Source: Squalus acanthias
Taxonomy: Eukaryota
Direction of reading: 5' to 3'
DNA: 64,000 bases
NCBI GenBank assembly: GCA_030390025.1
Contig: CM059425.1
Coordinates: 164,984,001-165,048,000 of the forward strand
Part shown: in pieces, positions 13,493 to 25,426 of the stretch
Layout of the letters: each line of letters begins with the position of its first letter
Position numbering within the stretch: the first letter of the stretch is position 1
Translations under genes and position numbers: made by a program
Notes under the pieces: model-generated
What the model was told of the DNA's origin: nothing
Seen by the model: the letters and a program-made list of their open reading frames with translations, nothing else
Databases searched by the model: none

Positions 13493-14641
13493 ATGCCTCT
13501 TGACGATGTTGCCCAGATCCTCGGTGTGATTCTGGCACATAGAATCGATAACGCCAGGGAACAACAAAGAAGACTGAAGAACCATCACCGTCGCTTGATC
13601 AAGAGGAACTACTACCCACCCCAGAGAGTGTACAGGGAGAGGCTGTCTTTTGAGATGCTGTCGGAGGAGTTGTGTGTGAGGAGGTTGCGCTTCAGTAAAG
13701 AGGCAATCGGCCGACTATGTGACATGTTAAAGGAGGACCTTCAAACACGCTCGAAGACCCGCACTGCCTTGTCAGTGTCCATGAAGATAACCACAGCACT
13801 CAACTTCTTTGCATGCGGGTCATTTCACTCAGGCAAAGGTGACATTTCAAACATCACCCGGACTGCTGCGAGGGCCTGCATTCACCAGGTCACTGATGCC
13901 ATTTTCCGTAGGGCTTCAGAGTTCATTGACTTCGACTTGTCCACTCGGCAGCAAAAGGAGAGGGCCCTTGCATTTTGTGGGATTGCTGGATTCCCCACAG
14001 TGATTGGGGCCATCGATGGAACCCATGTTGCATTGAAGGTACCAATGGATGCACCTGTGACATACATTAACAGGAAGGGGTTTCATTCATTAAATGTTAT
14101 GATAGTCTGTGATGCGCATCTGAGGATCCTAAACGTGAATGCAGATCACCGGGGAAGTGCTCATGACTCCTTTGTCCTCCGTCACTCGTACTTATATGGC
14201 GCCCTCAGCACATTGCCTCCAGGATCCGCATGGATATTGGGCGACGAGGGCTACCCGCTAAAACCGTGGCTGATGACACCATACCGCAAGACCATTAATG
14301 AGGCTCAGGAGAGATACAACCAGGCACACGTGTCCACACGGCAAGTGGTGGAGAGGACAATCCGGCTTCTGAAATCACGCTTCCGGTGCCTGGACAGGTC
14401 AGGGGGGACCTTGCAGTACTCTCCTCTGAAAGTGTCAAGGATTGTGGTGGCCTGTTGTGCTTTGCATAACTTTGCCCTGCGGGAAGGACTGACCCTTAAC
14501 CCTGCAGAGGAGCTCCCTACTGAAATGGAGGACATGGACGATGCCGATGTGCTTGTGGCCAGGCCTGATACGGAGGAGCCAAGTGTTGCTGAAAGCAATG
14601 CTGCTCGTGAACTGCTAGTAGCCAACACCTTCACAAGGTGA
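13493..14641 (+). CDS. PIF/Harbinger DDE transposase (HARBI1-like), uninterrupted 382 aa
   Basis: ATG-to-stop ORF with the HTH region (LRFSKE...ALNFFA.GS) and catalytic motifs [52 protein letters not shown]. Confidence 0.93.
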   Translation: MPLDDVAQILGVILAHRIDNAREQQRRLKNHHRRLIKRNYYPPQRVYRERLSFEMLSEELCVRRLRFSKEAIGRLCDMLKEDLQTRSKTRTALSVSMKITTALNFFACGSFHSGKGDISNITRTAARACIHQVTDAIFRRASEFIDFDLSTRQQKERALAFCGIAGFPTVIGAIDGTHVALKVPMDAPVTYINRKGFHSLNVMIVCDAHLRILNVNADHRGSAHDSFVLRHSYLYGALSTLPPGSAWILGDEGYPLKPWLMTPYRKTINEAQERYNQAHVSTRQVVERTIRLLKSRFRCLDRSGGTLQYSPLKVSRIVVACCALHNFALREGLTLNPAEELPTEMEDMDDADVLVARPDTEEPSVAESNAARELLVANTFTR

Positions 14642-15507
14642 TGATAGTGTCGCCTTGTACCTCCCCCTCCCCCAGCAAGGCAAAGAAAAGAACGCACACA
14701 ATTTAAAGTGAAACAGTGAACTTTTATTGCAGCATCAAAGATTTTGGATGTACTGTTTTCATGTTCTTAGTCTTTAACTTTTAATTGTTACCTAGCTATT
14801 TTCTACTTTGTAAACATTTGCAAAGATAAATTTTTTGATAAAAATTGTAAACAGTTTAAAGTGACTTTTTCGGTTTCTTAGTGCAATAAAGACATTCAAG
14901 ATGCAAACTAGCTATTTTCTACTTTTTAAACAGTTGTAATGTTGAATTGGTTGTTAATAAAAAAAAAGTTGAAAAACATTTTAAAGTGACAAGAGGCTAT
15001 AGGGGCGATTTTCCCAGCCCCGAGGAGGCGGCTTTGGAGACGGGACAGTTGGCAAAATTGCAAAAACTGAGGGCGAGTTCGGAACCTGCCTCCAACCCGT
15101 CTCTGTGCAATTTTGCCGGAGGCGGTTTTGATGGGTGCGATTCGGTCTCGCCTCCAGCAGTCCAGAGAGGTAGTTAAGGGCCTCTATAATCCTATTTTGA
15201 CAGGCCCTCGTTATTTTACCACATTTTCAGCGTGTTCCACGATCCTCCTAAACCACGCCAGCTAAACCTGGCGGGCTGACAAGTGGGTGGCCTCCTCACA
15301 GCTGCAGCTCCACCATTAAAACGGAGCTTTCATCAGGGATCAGTTGCAGGTGGCAGAACTTATGTTGCACAGGTCTTTTAGCACTTTTAGCAGGCATAAC
15401 GAAGTCGGAGGTGCTGCAGCTTCTATCTCTCAACTGTGGGACCTCCTTGGAAGACCCTCTCGCTGCTTGGACTGAGTGCTTCCCCAACGGAGGTATCTGC
15501 CAGCAGC

Positions 15508-16703
15508 ATGGGAACCATTTATTTCCTTTCATCATGGAGCCTCAGATTCGGATGAGGAGCAGCCACGGCAGCAGCAGAACCAGGCAGCTCAGCAGCAACA
15601 GCAGCAGTAGCCCAAACCTCCTGCTCACCAACCTGATGCTGCACAGGGCAGAAGGTGCCAGCGCATGGAAGCACGTCGCCACAGGAGATACCCCCCTCTC
15701 AGGGTTTACAGACAGAGGATGAGCTACTTCAACATGAGTGAGCAGCAGTGCCAAAGGAGGCTGAGACTTTCGCGAGAGGTTGTCGGAGACATCTGCGCAC
15801 TGCTGCAACCAAACCTGGAGCCCAGAGGAACGGGTGGACACCCCTTACCAGTGGCTGTCAAAGTCACCACCGCACTCAACTTTTTTGCCTCGGGCTCCTT
15901 CCACGGATCATCAGCAGCATCTCCCAGTCGGCTGCCCACAGATGCATCACGTAGGTTATCGATGCCCTTTTCGCAAAGGCCCACAATTACATCCACTTCT
16001 CAAGGTATCAAGCAAGTGTAACCGCGCGTTCGGTTGGCTTTGCAAATATGGCAGGCTTGCCAATGGTGCAGGGCGTCATAGACTGCACACATGTGGCCCT
16101 TAGGGCACCCCATCAGAACCCAGCTATCTTTGTCAACCGCAAGGGCTTCCACTCCCTCAATGTACAGCTGGTGTGTAACCACAAGAAGGAGATTTTGCAT
16201 GTTTGCGCCAAGTTCTGTGGTAGTTGCCATGACTCTTCCTGCAGAACCCTAGTGTTCCTCCGCTCTTCAATCCGCCAAACCAACTTAACGGATGGCTCCT
16301 TGGTGATAAGTGCTACCCCCTGAAGAAGTGGCTAAAGACGCCAATCAGGAGGCCAGCTAACGAGGCTGAAGAGCGCTATAACGCCAGTCACATTTCGACC
16401 AGATCCATCATCGAGCAAACCATTGGCTTGCTGAAGATGCGATTCCGATGCCTTGACAGATTAGGTGGAGCCCTGCAGTATTCAGCAGTCAGGGTCTCCA
16501 GAATGGTCGTGGTCTGCTGTGCACTGCACAACATAGCACAGCATCGTGGCTTGCAGCTTCCTGATGAGCAAGTGGCTCAGTTCATAGCCTCCTCAGATGA
16601 GGAGGACCGAGCGCCGGTGTATCGACCAGCAGCAGCGGCAGCATGCAAGCATATGGCTGCCCATGATACAAGGGATGCACTCATCCTGGCCAGATTTACA
16701 TAG
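15508..16703 (+). pseudogene. Harbinger transposase of element B, frameshifted
   Basis: Starts MGTIYFLSS. Fragments [35 protein letters not shown] and LKMRFRCLD...CCALHN lie in different frames. Confidence 0.9.
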
Positions 16704-16947
16704 GTTGCCCATTTTGGCTCCATCTTAAGACATGATAGACAATGGACATGACTCTCCAGCCTCCTTTCACTCTAGCCACCAACCTGACCACGCAAGTCTC
16801 GCAGAGCCCGCAATATGGAGCTGGCTAAGCCAAAATAACAGATGCCATCACGCCAACAGTTTGCCATCAAATCATTTTTATACATTCAAACAGGGATGGC
16901 ATTTCGTCAATAAACAGAAACAATCACCCAAGTGCCTACCCCTGTGA

Positions 16948-18930
16948 CTAATGGTGCTTTATTTTTCTCTTGTGTGTGCTACGTGGTGCTCCCTTTGTGG
17001 CTTCAGCAGAAGTGGAGGCACCTTGCTCACTTTGATGCTGCTCCTGCTTCGACATCTTTGGCGGGCGTCCTCTGGGTTTACGAGCCGGTGAGGGCTTGCC
17101 AAACGTCTGCTCATCCTGCGGCAATGCAGGGGCTGAGATGCCCATCTCAGTTGGGTGCGGACTCTGGTGGGGCTCTGACCGAGGGCTATGCAGTGGCATG
17201 GAAGTGTGAGCGCTTGGAGAGGAGCCCCCACTTCCTTGTTCTCTGCCACCAACTTCCCTCTCATGGGTCAGGTCCACCTCAGCGCTTGCAAGTGGCTTGA
17301 GAGCACATTGCTGCACATTAGGGGGGCCGTGGGGATCCATATCTGCACTGGCAGTCCTACTCAAAAGGACTTCCATGAAGCTCTGGTTTCTCTGTTCAAT
17401 AGCTGCCCATTGCTCCTCCAGAGATGTCAGTCTATTTTGGACAATGACCATGTTTTCAAGACCCTGGCGACTAAGCTCCTCCATGGCCGTAGCCAACCTC
17501 TTCTCTACCGGAGCCATCCTCTCCTCTACTGTAGCCAGCTTTACCACGGAGGTAGCCAACCTTTCCACGGAGATTGCCATCCTTTCCGCGGTGATGCGTT
17601 CATGCGCCAATGCCTCCACAAAGGCTCTGCTCATGTTCGCGATGGACTCCTCCATTCGCTCCACACTCGCAGTGACCCTGGAGACAAAACCTGCCAGAGA
17701 CTCCTGCACCTGTTCCTGGAGTTCCAGCACCGCTCTCCTTCTGGATGGACCCGGAGGCACAGGGTCGACATGCAGCTGAGCCGAGCTGGCAGAGTCCTGC
17801 ACCCTCCGACGTGGACTCTCCACTACTGTCCCTGTCTCCACCATCTGCTGATGCTCACTTGTGAGCTGTGATACACCAGGTGCCAACACTACTCTATCTC
17901 GCGAAGGTCCCACCGAGGTGTGAGTGTCTGCGCTGGTGCTGGGTGGGCTGAATTCTGCTGACGCTGCCCCTCAGAGGTTGCAGCTTCCTCGGAGGAGTCT
18001 GGAAGCTCAGGCTGTTCCTCCTGGACAGTGGGGATGGGGGCTTTCGATGGTCCTGTGGGGGAGTAAAGGAAAGAGTTAGAGATGTGAGGTCAAGGTTACA
18101 TGCACATTGAATAGTGCAGATGATCATAAGTCAATCTGTTAGAGCATCAGAATCATTATCTGTGACTCATGCAATGTCAATGAGACAGATGCCAAACTAT
18201 TCTGTCACCAGCTTGCTGTGATGCACCCGTCTGTCCGTCCCCCACTTGGGAATCGTCCTCGATCCCGGCGATTTCCAGGGCCGCCTCCTCCCAGGTGGTG
18301 AGCTGGGCTACTGAGGGTGACCCTCCTCCTGTCATGGCTCTTTCCCTCTTATTGTGGGCTCTCTTTTCATGCAATGAGGGACACAAGTGGAGTTTGAGTG
18401 AGAATTAAGGAGTGAGTGGAGAGAATGCATAGCATAGATGCTTAGAAGGAGACAAAGGGCCCTCCCTGTGTGTTGTAAGTTGTTGTTGATGTTGCATCAC
18501 AGTGATAGGGAGTGTGAGGGCTACATGGTCGAATAGTTAAGTGAATGTGACCATAGAGTGAGAGGCAATGGGTAAGGGTGCAGGGATGTAAATGTCAAGT
18601 GGGATGTGGAGGAAGAGGTTAGCAAAGCAGAGTGCTGGTGAGGAGAGGCGATGGGGATCAGATTGAGGGTGATGGGAAAGTCATACTCACTTTTCCTGTG
18701 CGGAGAAGGTCATGAGACTTCTTCCTGCATTGCAGCCAGGTTCTGCGGCTCATCGATGTGGAGTTGACCTCCTGGGCCACTTGCAGCCACACAGCTTTAG
18801 TCTGCTGGGGTGGCTTTTTTCTCCCTGAGGAAGGGAAGAGCACCTCCTTATTCGATCTTGCTCCCTCCACCAGAGCTTGGAGGGAGGGCTCATCGAAGCG
18901 TGGAGCACACTTTTGCCTGCTGGTGGACAT
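16948..18930 (-). pseudogene. Harbinger Myb/SANT-like DNA-binding + coiled-coil gene, 3 exons (18930-18691, 18368-18209, 18052-16948)
   Basis: Exon 1 reads APRFDEPSLQALV...W..VA..VN...RTWLQCRKK.HDL then gtgagt. The exon 2 acceptor is mutated (AT instead of the AG in the 58425 copy). There is a 1-nt deletion near 17968. Exon 3 carries heptad repeats. Confidence 0.85.
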
Positions 18931-19445
18931 AATCAATCAATGAAGTCCTTACTACAATCACCATAAAGTTTGCAGTCTCCAGAAGAAGCAAGGCTGCTTG
19001 CAGGCCTTAAATCCAGCAGCATTGATGACATCATTGGAGGCGACTTTCTGTATGAAAAGACTCATTGGGCCAGGGGTTCCTACACGCTGGAAATCAATTG
19101 CCCAATTAGGGGAAAATCGCACTTTTTCCCCACTTCACTTCGGAGTCGGGGTCCTGATATGAATGCCACCTGACATGCCCCAGCCCGCCCACACTAACAA
19201 AATCGAGCCCAAGGTATTGTTCACGAATTGAAATTTCACAACTCAAATCTGTGGAGTACAGATAAGATGTTTTCAAGCACAATGGATGACCCTGAGTTGC
19301 TCCAAAGCCATAAAATTTTATGACTAGCTCAGATGCCTGGATAATGAAATCACTTTACAACAGCCATGCAACTAAACATGTTTTAAAATAGTTCAGTTAA
19401 GTTTAAACAAATTTTACAGTTGACATTTCTAATAACTGTACAAAC

Positions 19446-19693
19446 CTTGGCAGATCGCATTAAATCATTAAATTTTTTCGGCATTGTTCCGCTGTCCATG
19501 GAATGGTGGAATTCGCGCTAACAGCCACGGCAACTTCTGTCCAAGCAGTCATTTGTCCTTTGCGTGGCTTCCTGGACGTCTCAGTCCCAATGATCCGCAG
19601 GCGCTTCGCGTCAACCTCATTGTGTGTGCTGATGTCATCGTCAGTGAAATTCTGAGCTCTCTTCATCATCACAACTGTGCTTGCTCCTTCCAT
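19446..19693 (-). pseudogene. Exon 1 of a second Harbinger Myb/SANT gene, probable partner of the 13493 transposase
   Basis: KRAQNFTDDD...W..VA..V...WTAEQCRK, then after a 1-nt slip KFNDLMRSAK and donor gtttg. Downstream exons not found. Confidence 0.75.
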
Positions 19694-19896
19694 TTCACTT
19701 TGCTATTTAATTAAAATTAATGAAACATTTTTCAAGGCTTATAAAACTCTTTTAAATAGCTTTAAATCTCTTTAAAAGTCTTTAAAACTATTTAAAATTC
19801 TTCAAATCCATGTAAAAATCTTTAAAAGTTTCTAAAAGTTTACAAAAGTTTAAAAGAAACTATAAAGAAAGAATTTACCATTGAGATTAACAACCC

Positions 19897-19933
19897 AGTT
19901 CTGATGAAAGGTCATCGACCTGAAACGTCAACT
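19897..19933 (+). ncRNA. Minimal type I hammerhead ribozyme in a Penelope-derived insert (19895-20030)
   Basis: AGTT-CTGATGA-A-AGGTC(ATC)GACCT-GAAAC-GTC-AACT: conserved core, 5-bp stem II, stem I AGTT/AACT, palindromic minimal stem III ACGT, GUC cleavage triplet. Confidence 0.75.
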
Positions 19934-20030
19934 CTCTTTCTCTCTCCACGGATGCTGCCTGGCCTGCTGAGTTTTTCCAGCGTTTTCTGTTGTTATTTCG
20001 GATTTCCAGCATCCGCAGTATTTTGCTATC

Positions 20031-20281
20031 GCACTTTCAGTGGTGTTGGGCTCTGAAGAGTACAAAAACAATCAGAGGCTCCCAGTTATGCAAATATAAA
20101 TTTTGACAGCTCTGTGGGCGGGTCTCCCCTACGAAGGAAGCCCTAGGCTCCGCGCATGCTGCACTCCTGGGCGGCGTGACGTCATACGCTGCCCAGGAGT
20201 CCTCAGGATGAAAGCGCAACTCTCCATCGGCGCAGAGACTGCAGGTAATTGCGGGAAGCCTCCGATCGCAATTTCAGGGCC
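20031..20281. mobile_element. Harbinger right terminus
   Basis: GC-rich palindromic subterminal region ending GCAATTTCAGGGCC, matching the GG-N4-GAAATT terminus of the other elements. Lies upstream of the 19693 Myb exon. Confidence 0.65.
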
Positions 20282-21066
20282 ATCGTCTTCAGTTCACGCC
20301 ACAAACTCCATTCCCATTCGACTGATTCGATCTCTCTCCCCGGCAACTGTCTAAGTCTGTTCGCAACCTTGGTGTCATATTTGATCATGAATTGAGCTTC
20401 CTACCTCATGTCCGTTCTATTACTAAGACCGCCCATTCCCACCTTCGTAATATCGCCCGTCTCCGCCCTTACCTCAACTTATCTGCTGCCGAAACCCTCA
20501 TCCATGCCTTTACCACCTCTAGACTTGCACCTCTGGCCTTCCTCCCTAGTTCTACCCTCCATAAACTTGAGGTCATCCAAAACTCTGCCGCCTGTGTGCT
20601 AACTTGCATCAAGTCCTGCTCACCCATCTCCCGTGTGCTTGCTGACCTACATTGGCTCCCAGTTAAGCAACGCCTCGATTTTTAAATTCTCATCCTTTTT
20701 TTCAAATCCCTCGATGACCTCGCCCCTCCTTATATCTGTAATCTCCTCCAGTCCTATAATTCCCCTAGACCTCTGCGCTCTGCCTATTCTGACCTTTTGA
20801 ACAGCCCCAATTTTAAGTGCTCCACCATTGGTGGCTGTGCCTTCAGCTGCCTACATCCTAAGCTCTGTAATTCCCTCCCTAAATCTCTCCACCTCTCTTT
20901 CCTCCTTTAAGACGTTCCTTAAAGCCAACCTCTTCAACCAAGCTTTTGGTCATCTGCCCTAACATCTCCTTATATGGCTCGGAGTCAATTTTATTTTGAT
21001 AACACACCTGTGAAGCGCCTTGGGACGTTTTATTACGTTAAAGGAGCTATATAAATATAAGTTGTT
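20282..21066 (+). mobile_element. L2 LINE 3' fragment
   Basis: HLRNIAR..P...AETLIHAF, IQNSAA, LHWLPV, then the L2 tail gtgaagcgccttgggacg...tatataaat. Confidence 0.85.
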
Positions 21067-21446
21067 AAGTGTACTTTTCAGCAGTTTAGAATGTACTCTG
21101 TATATCGGAATAGCGTGTTAACTTTGGTTTTTCATTTTATGAAAAATATATTATGATCACTTTAAAAACAGAAGCAAAATATTACTAAGTCCAAGTAGCA
21201 GATGAGATCAAAATTAAATAATAGATACCAGAATTGAGATGTTATACCTATCAGGAAAGATTGAACAGGCTGGGGCTCTTTTGTCTAACAAGAGAAGGTG
21301 GAGCGGTGACCTGATGGAGGTCTTTAAGAATATGAAATGGTTTGATATTGTAAACGTAGAGAAGCTGTTTCCACTTGTGGGGAGACTAAAACTAGGGGCC
21401 ATAAATATAAGATAGTCACTGATAAATCCAAGGGAATTCAAGAGAA

Positions 21447-21820
21447 ACAACAACAATAACTTGTATTTATATAGCGCCTTTAACATAGTAAAACGTCCCA
21501 AGGCGCTGCACAGGATTATTTAAGACAAAAAATTTGACACCGAGCCACATAAGGATAAATTAGGGCAGGTGACCAAAAGCTTGGTCAAAGAGGTAGGTAT
21601 TAAGGAGCGTCTTAAAGGAGGAAAGAGAGGTAGTGAGGCGGACAGGTTTAGGCAGGGAATTCCAGAGCTTAGGGCCTAGGCAACAGAAGGCACGGCCACC
21701 AATGGTTGAGCGATTATAATCAGGGATGCTCAAGAGGGCAGAATTACAGGAGCGCAGCTATCTCGGGGGGGGGGGGGTTGTGGGGCTGAAGGAGATTACA
21801 GCAATAGGAAGGGGCGAGGC
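21447..21820 (-). mobile_element. L2 3' fragment inserted in a plus-strand CR1 tail (21225-21925, resuming 24280-24405)
   Basis: Reverse complement of the L2 tail (caacaacaataacttgtatttatatagcgcc). Confidence 0.75.
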
Positions 21821-21929
21821 CAAAAACTTCTCTACCCAGTGGTTAGGAGGTGGAACTCGCTACCACAAGGAGTAGTTGAGCCGAATAACATAATGCATTT
21901 AAGAGGAAGCCAGATAAACTCATGCAGGA

Positions 21930-24278
21930 GAAACATAGAAACATAGAAGATAGGAGCAAGAGTAGGCCATTCGGCCCCTCGAGCCTGCTCCGCCATTCAA
22001 TGCGATCATGGCTGATCATCCAAATTCAATACCCTGTCCCTGCTTTCTCCCCATATCCCTTGATCCCCTTAGCCTTAAGAAATATATCTAACTCCTTGAA
22101 TATATTTAATGAATTGGCCTCAACTGCCTTCTGTGGTAGAGAATTCCACAGGTTCACCACTCTCTGGGTGAAGAAATTCCTCCTCATCTCAGTCCTAAAT
22201 GGCTTACCCCTTATCCTTAGACTGTGATCCTTGGTTCTGGACTCCCCCGCCATCGGGAACAGCCTTCCTGCATCTAGTCTGTCTAGTCCTTTTAGAATTT
22301 TATAAGTTTCAATGAGATCCCCTTTCATTCTTCTAAACTCTAGCGAATATAAGCCTAATCGACCCAATCTCTCTTCATACGTCATTCCTGCCATCCAAGG
22401 TATCAGTCTGGTGAATCTTCACTGCACTCCCTCCATGGCAAGAACATCCTTCCTCAGATAAGGCGACCAAAACTGCACACAATACTCAAGGTGTGGTCTC
22501 ACCAAGGCCCTGTACAACTGCAGCAAGACATCCTTGCTCCTGTACTCGAATCCTCTCGCTATGAAGGCCAACATACCATTTGCCTTCTTAACCACCTGCT
22601 GCACCTGCATGCTTACCTTCAGCGACTGGTGCACAAGGACACCCAGGTCTCGTTGCACTTCCCCTTTTCCCAATCTATTGCCGTTCAGATAATAATCTGC
22701 CTTCCTGTTTTTGCCACCAAAGTGGATAACCTCGCATTTATCCACATTATACTGCATCTGCCATGCATCTGCCCAATCACCCATCCTGTCCAAATCGTAC
22801 TGGAGTTTCTCTGCATCCTCCTCACAGCACACATGCCCACCCAGCTTTGTGTCGTCTGCAAACTTGGAGATATTACATCTAGTTCCCTCGTCTAGATCAT
22901 TAATATATATTGTGAATAACTGGGGTCCTAGCACCGATCCCTGCGGTACCCCACTAGTCACTGCCTGCCACTCATAAAAAGACCCGTTTATTCCAACTCT
23001 TTGCTTCCTGTCTGCCAACCAGTTTTCTATCCAAGTCAGTACCTTACCCCCAATCCCATGTGCTTTAACTTTGCACGCTAATCTCTTCTGCGGGACCTTA
23101 TCAAAAGCCTTCTGAAAGTCCAAATACACCACATCCACTGGTTCTCCCTTATCTATTCTACCAGTTACATCCTCAAAAGATTCCAGTAGATTAGTCAAGC
23201 ATGATTTACCTTTTGTAAATCCATGTTGACTTTGTCCGATCCTGTCACTGTTTTCCAAGTGCTCTGCTATTACATCTTTTATAATGGACTCTAGCATTTT
23301 GCCCACTACCGATGTCAGGCTTACCGGTCTATAATTTCCCGTTTTCTCCCTACCACCTTTTTTAAATAGTGGGGTTACATTAGCTACTCTCCAATCCATG
23401 GGAACTGTTCCAGAGTCTATAGAATTTTGGAAGATGACCAGCAATGTATCTACTATTTCTAGGGCCACTTCCTTAAGTACCCTAGGATGTAGATTATTAG
23501 GCCCAGGGGATTTATCGGCCTTCAATCCCGTCAATTTCCCTAACACCATTTCCCTACAAATACTGATTTCATTCAGTTCCTCCCTCTCATTAGACCCTGT
23601 GTTCCCCGACATCTCTGGGAGTTTATTTGTGTCCTCCTTTGTGAAGACAGAACCAAAGTATGTATTTAATTGGTCTGCCATTTCTTTGTTCCCCATTATA
23701 AATTCCCCTGATTCTGACTGCAAGGGACCTACGCTTGACTTCACCAATCTTTTTCTCTTCACATATCTATAGAAGCTTTTACAGTCAGTTTTTATGTTCC
23801 CTGCAAGCTTACTCTCATACTCTATTTTCCCCCTCCTAATTAATCTCTTTGTACTCCTTTGCTGAATCCTAAACTGCTCCCAATCCTCAGGTTTGCTGCT
23901 TTTTCTGGCCAATTTATATGTCCTCTCCTTGGATCTTATGCTATCCCTAATTTCCCTTGTTAGCCACGGTTGAGTCACCTTTTTTGTTTTATTTTTATGC
24001 CAAACAGGGATGAACAAATTCTGTAGTTCATCCATTCGATTTTTAAATGTTTGCCATTGCCTATCCACCGTCAACCCTTTAAGTAACAATCCCCAATCCA
24101 TCCTAGCCAACTCGCGCCTCATACCATCATAGTTTCCTTTATTTAAATTCAGTACCCTAGTCTCTGAGTCAACTACTACTTCACTCTCCATCTTAATGAA
24201 GAATTCTATCATATTATGATCGCTCCTCCCCAAGGGGCCTCGCACAACAAGATTGCTAATTAATCCTTTCTCATTACA
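21930..24278 (-). mobile_element. CR1 LINE, 5'-truncated, 608-aa ORF2 segment
   Basis: ORF 22419-24245 runs from the endonuclease end (SDHN) through the RT. Tail repeat (acatagaa)n at 21930. Confidence 0.95.
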
Positions 24279-24455
24279 GGAATAGAAGGATATGTTGATG
24301 GGGTTAGATGAAGTAGGGTGGGAGGAATCTCGTGTGGAGCATAAACACCTGCTTGGACCAATTGGGCTGAATAGCCTGTTTCTGTGTTGTACATTCTATG
24401 TAATTGAATAAGTTCAATCATTCATTTTTTTCCATTTGTTAGAATGAGTGTTATT

Positions 24456-25211
24456 GGTGCAGAAATTCCGATCCCTACGGGTGTGTACGCGCTGTGCACT
24501 GACTCGTAGGGACATCGGAAATGCCGGTTTCAGGCATGCACTGCGCATACGCTGGAAACCGGCATTTCCGATCTGTCAAGGAAGCTCTTGACAGAACTCT
24601 CCGTCTGCCCGGGAGAAGGGCCTCTGCAGGCGGAGAGTTCTGCTTTTTGGAAAAGCTCCGCCCGCAGAAAACACTTACAATTCTTGAGCCTGGTGAAAGC
24701 AGGCGGCGTAAGGCCCGCTTTTACCAGGATAAGAGTTGAAAAAAGTTTAAAAAAAATTTTCCACTGATTTATCATTTAAAAATACTTTAAAGAAAGGTAA
24801 GTTTATTTTTAGCCCCGTTAAAAACACTTATTTTTTCAAAAAATAAAATTTTTGTTTAAAATACTTCATTTATTGTAATTTAAAGTCATTTTAAAAATGT
24901 GATTTAAAAAAAAAATTATTTAAAGTTTTACTATGTTTTGGGGGTGATCGCTATTCATATATTTGACAGGTCTTCCTGTCAAATGTATGAAGGGAGATTC
25001 CCTTCTCTGATTGGCTCCCCATGGCCCACGTGATCCCAGGGTCGCTGCGAACCGCCTGCGCCTCTGGGATATGTGGGCCCTGCGCACCGGCAGTTTGGAG
25101 AGGCCCAGCAGCGGAACTCTGTGCCTCCCGGGAGCCCTCCGGTCTTGGCGCAGCTTTTTCCAGATCGCAGCCCTCCGCCCGCGGGAGGCCTGCGAACGGA
25201 ATATCTGGGCC
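24456..25211. mobile_element. Harbinger-type MITE (~760-bp family)
   Basis: TIRs GGTGCAGAAATTCCG / CGGAATATCTGGGCC, flanks ATT / AAT. Homologous to 61288-62049. Confidence 0.85.
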
Positions 25212-25426
25212 AATGAAATGATAATTAAACACAGTTAAGTCTCACTTGTTACCAGTCCAATGCTGCCTAACCATGTCACTCTTTCTCCTCTCTCACTCCC
25301 CCACCAGCATTGATGACAATTTAGAGGAGCACAAGTAAAATTATTTCTGCAAAATATATATTTTGAAAAATAATTATTTTGCCACTAGCTATATTGAGTC
25401 GACCAATTTGAAAATTAAAAAATTCT

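Larger units (their letters stand above)
15001..19210 (+). mobile_element. Two-gene Harbinger transposon (element B), degraded
   Basis: Termini AGGGGCGATTTT / AAAATCGAGCCC, colinear with the copy at 57564-60791. Convergent transposase and Myb genes. No conserved TSD. Confidence 0.88.

Noticed and set aside
13493..14641. Calling this the host gene HARBI1
   Set aside because: It is intronless, embedded in transposon sequence and paired with a Myb remnant. Orthology cannot be shown.
17188..17871. 227-aa and 160-aa plus-strand ORFs
   Set aside because: Antisense shadows of the repetitive Myb exon 3.
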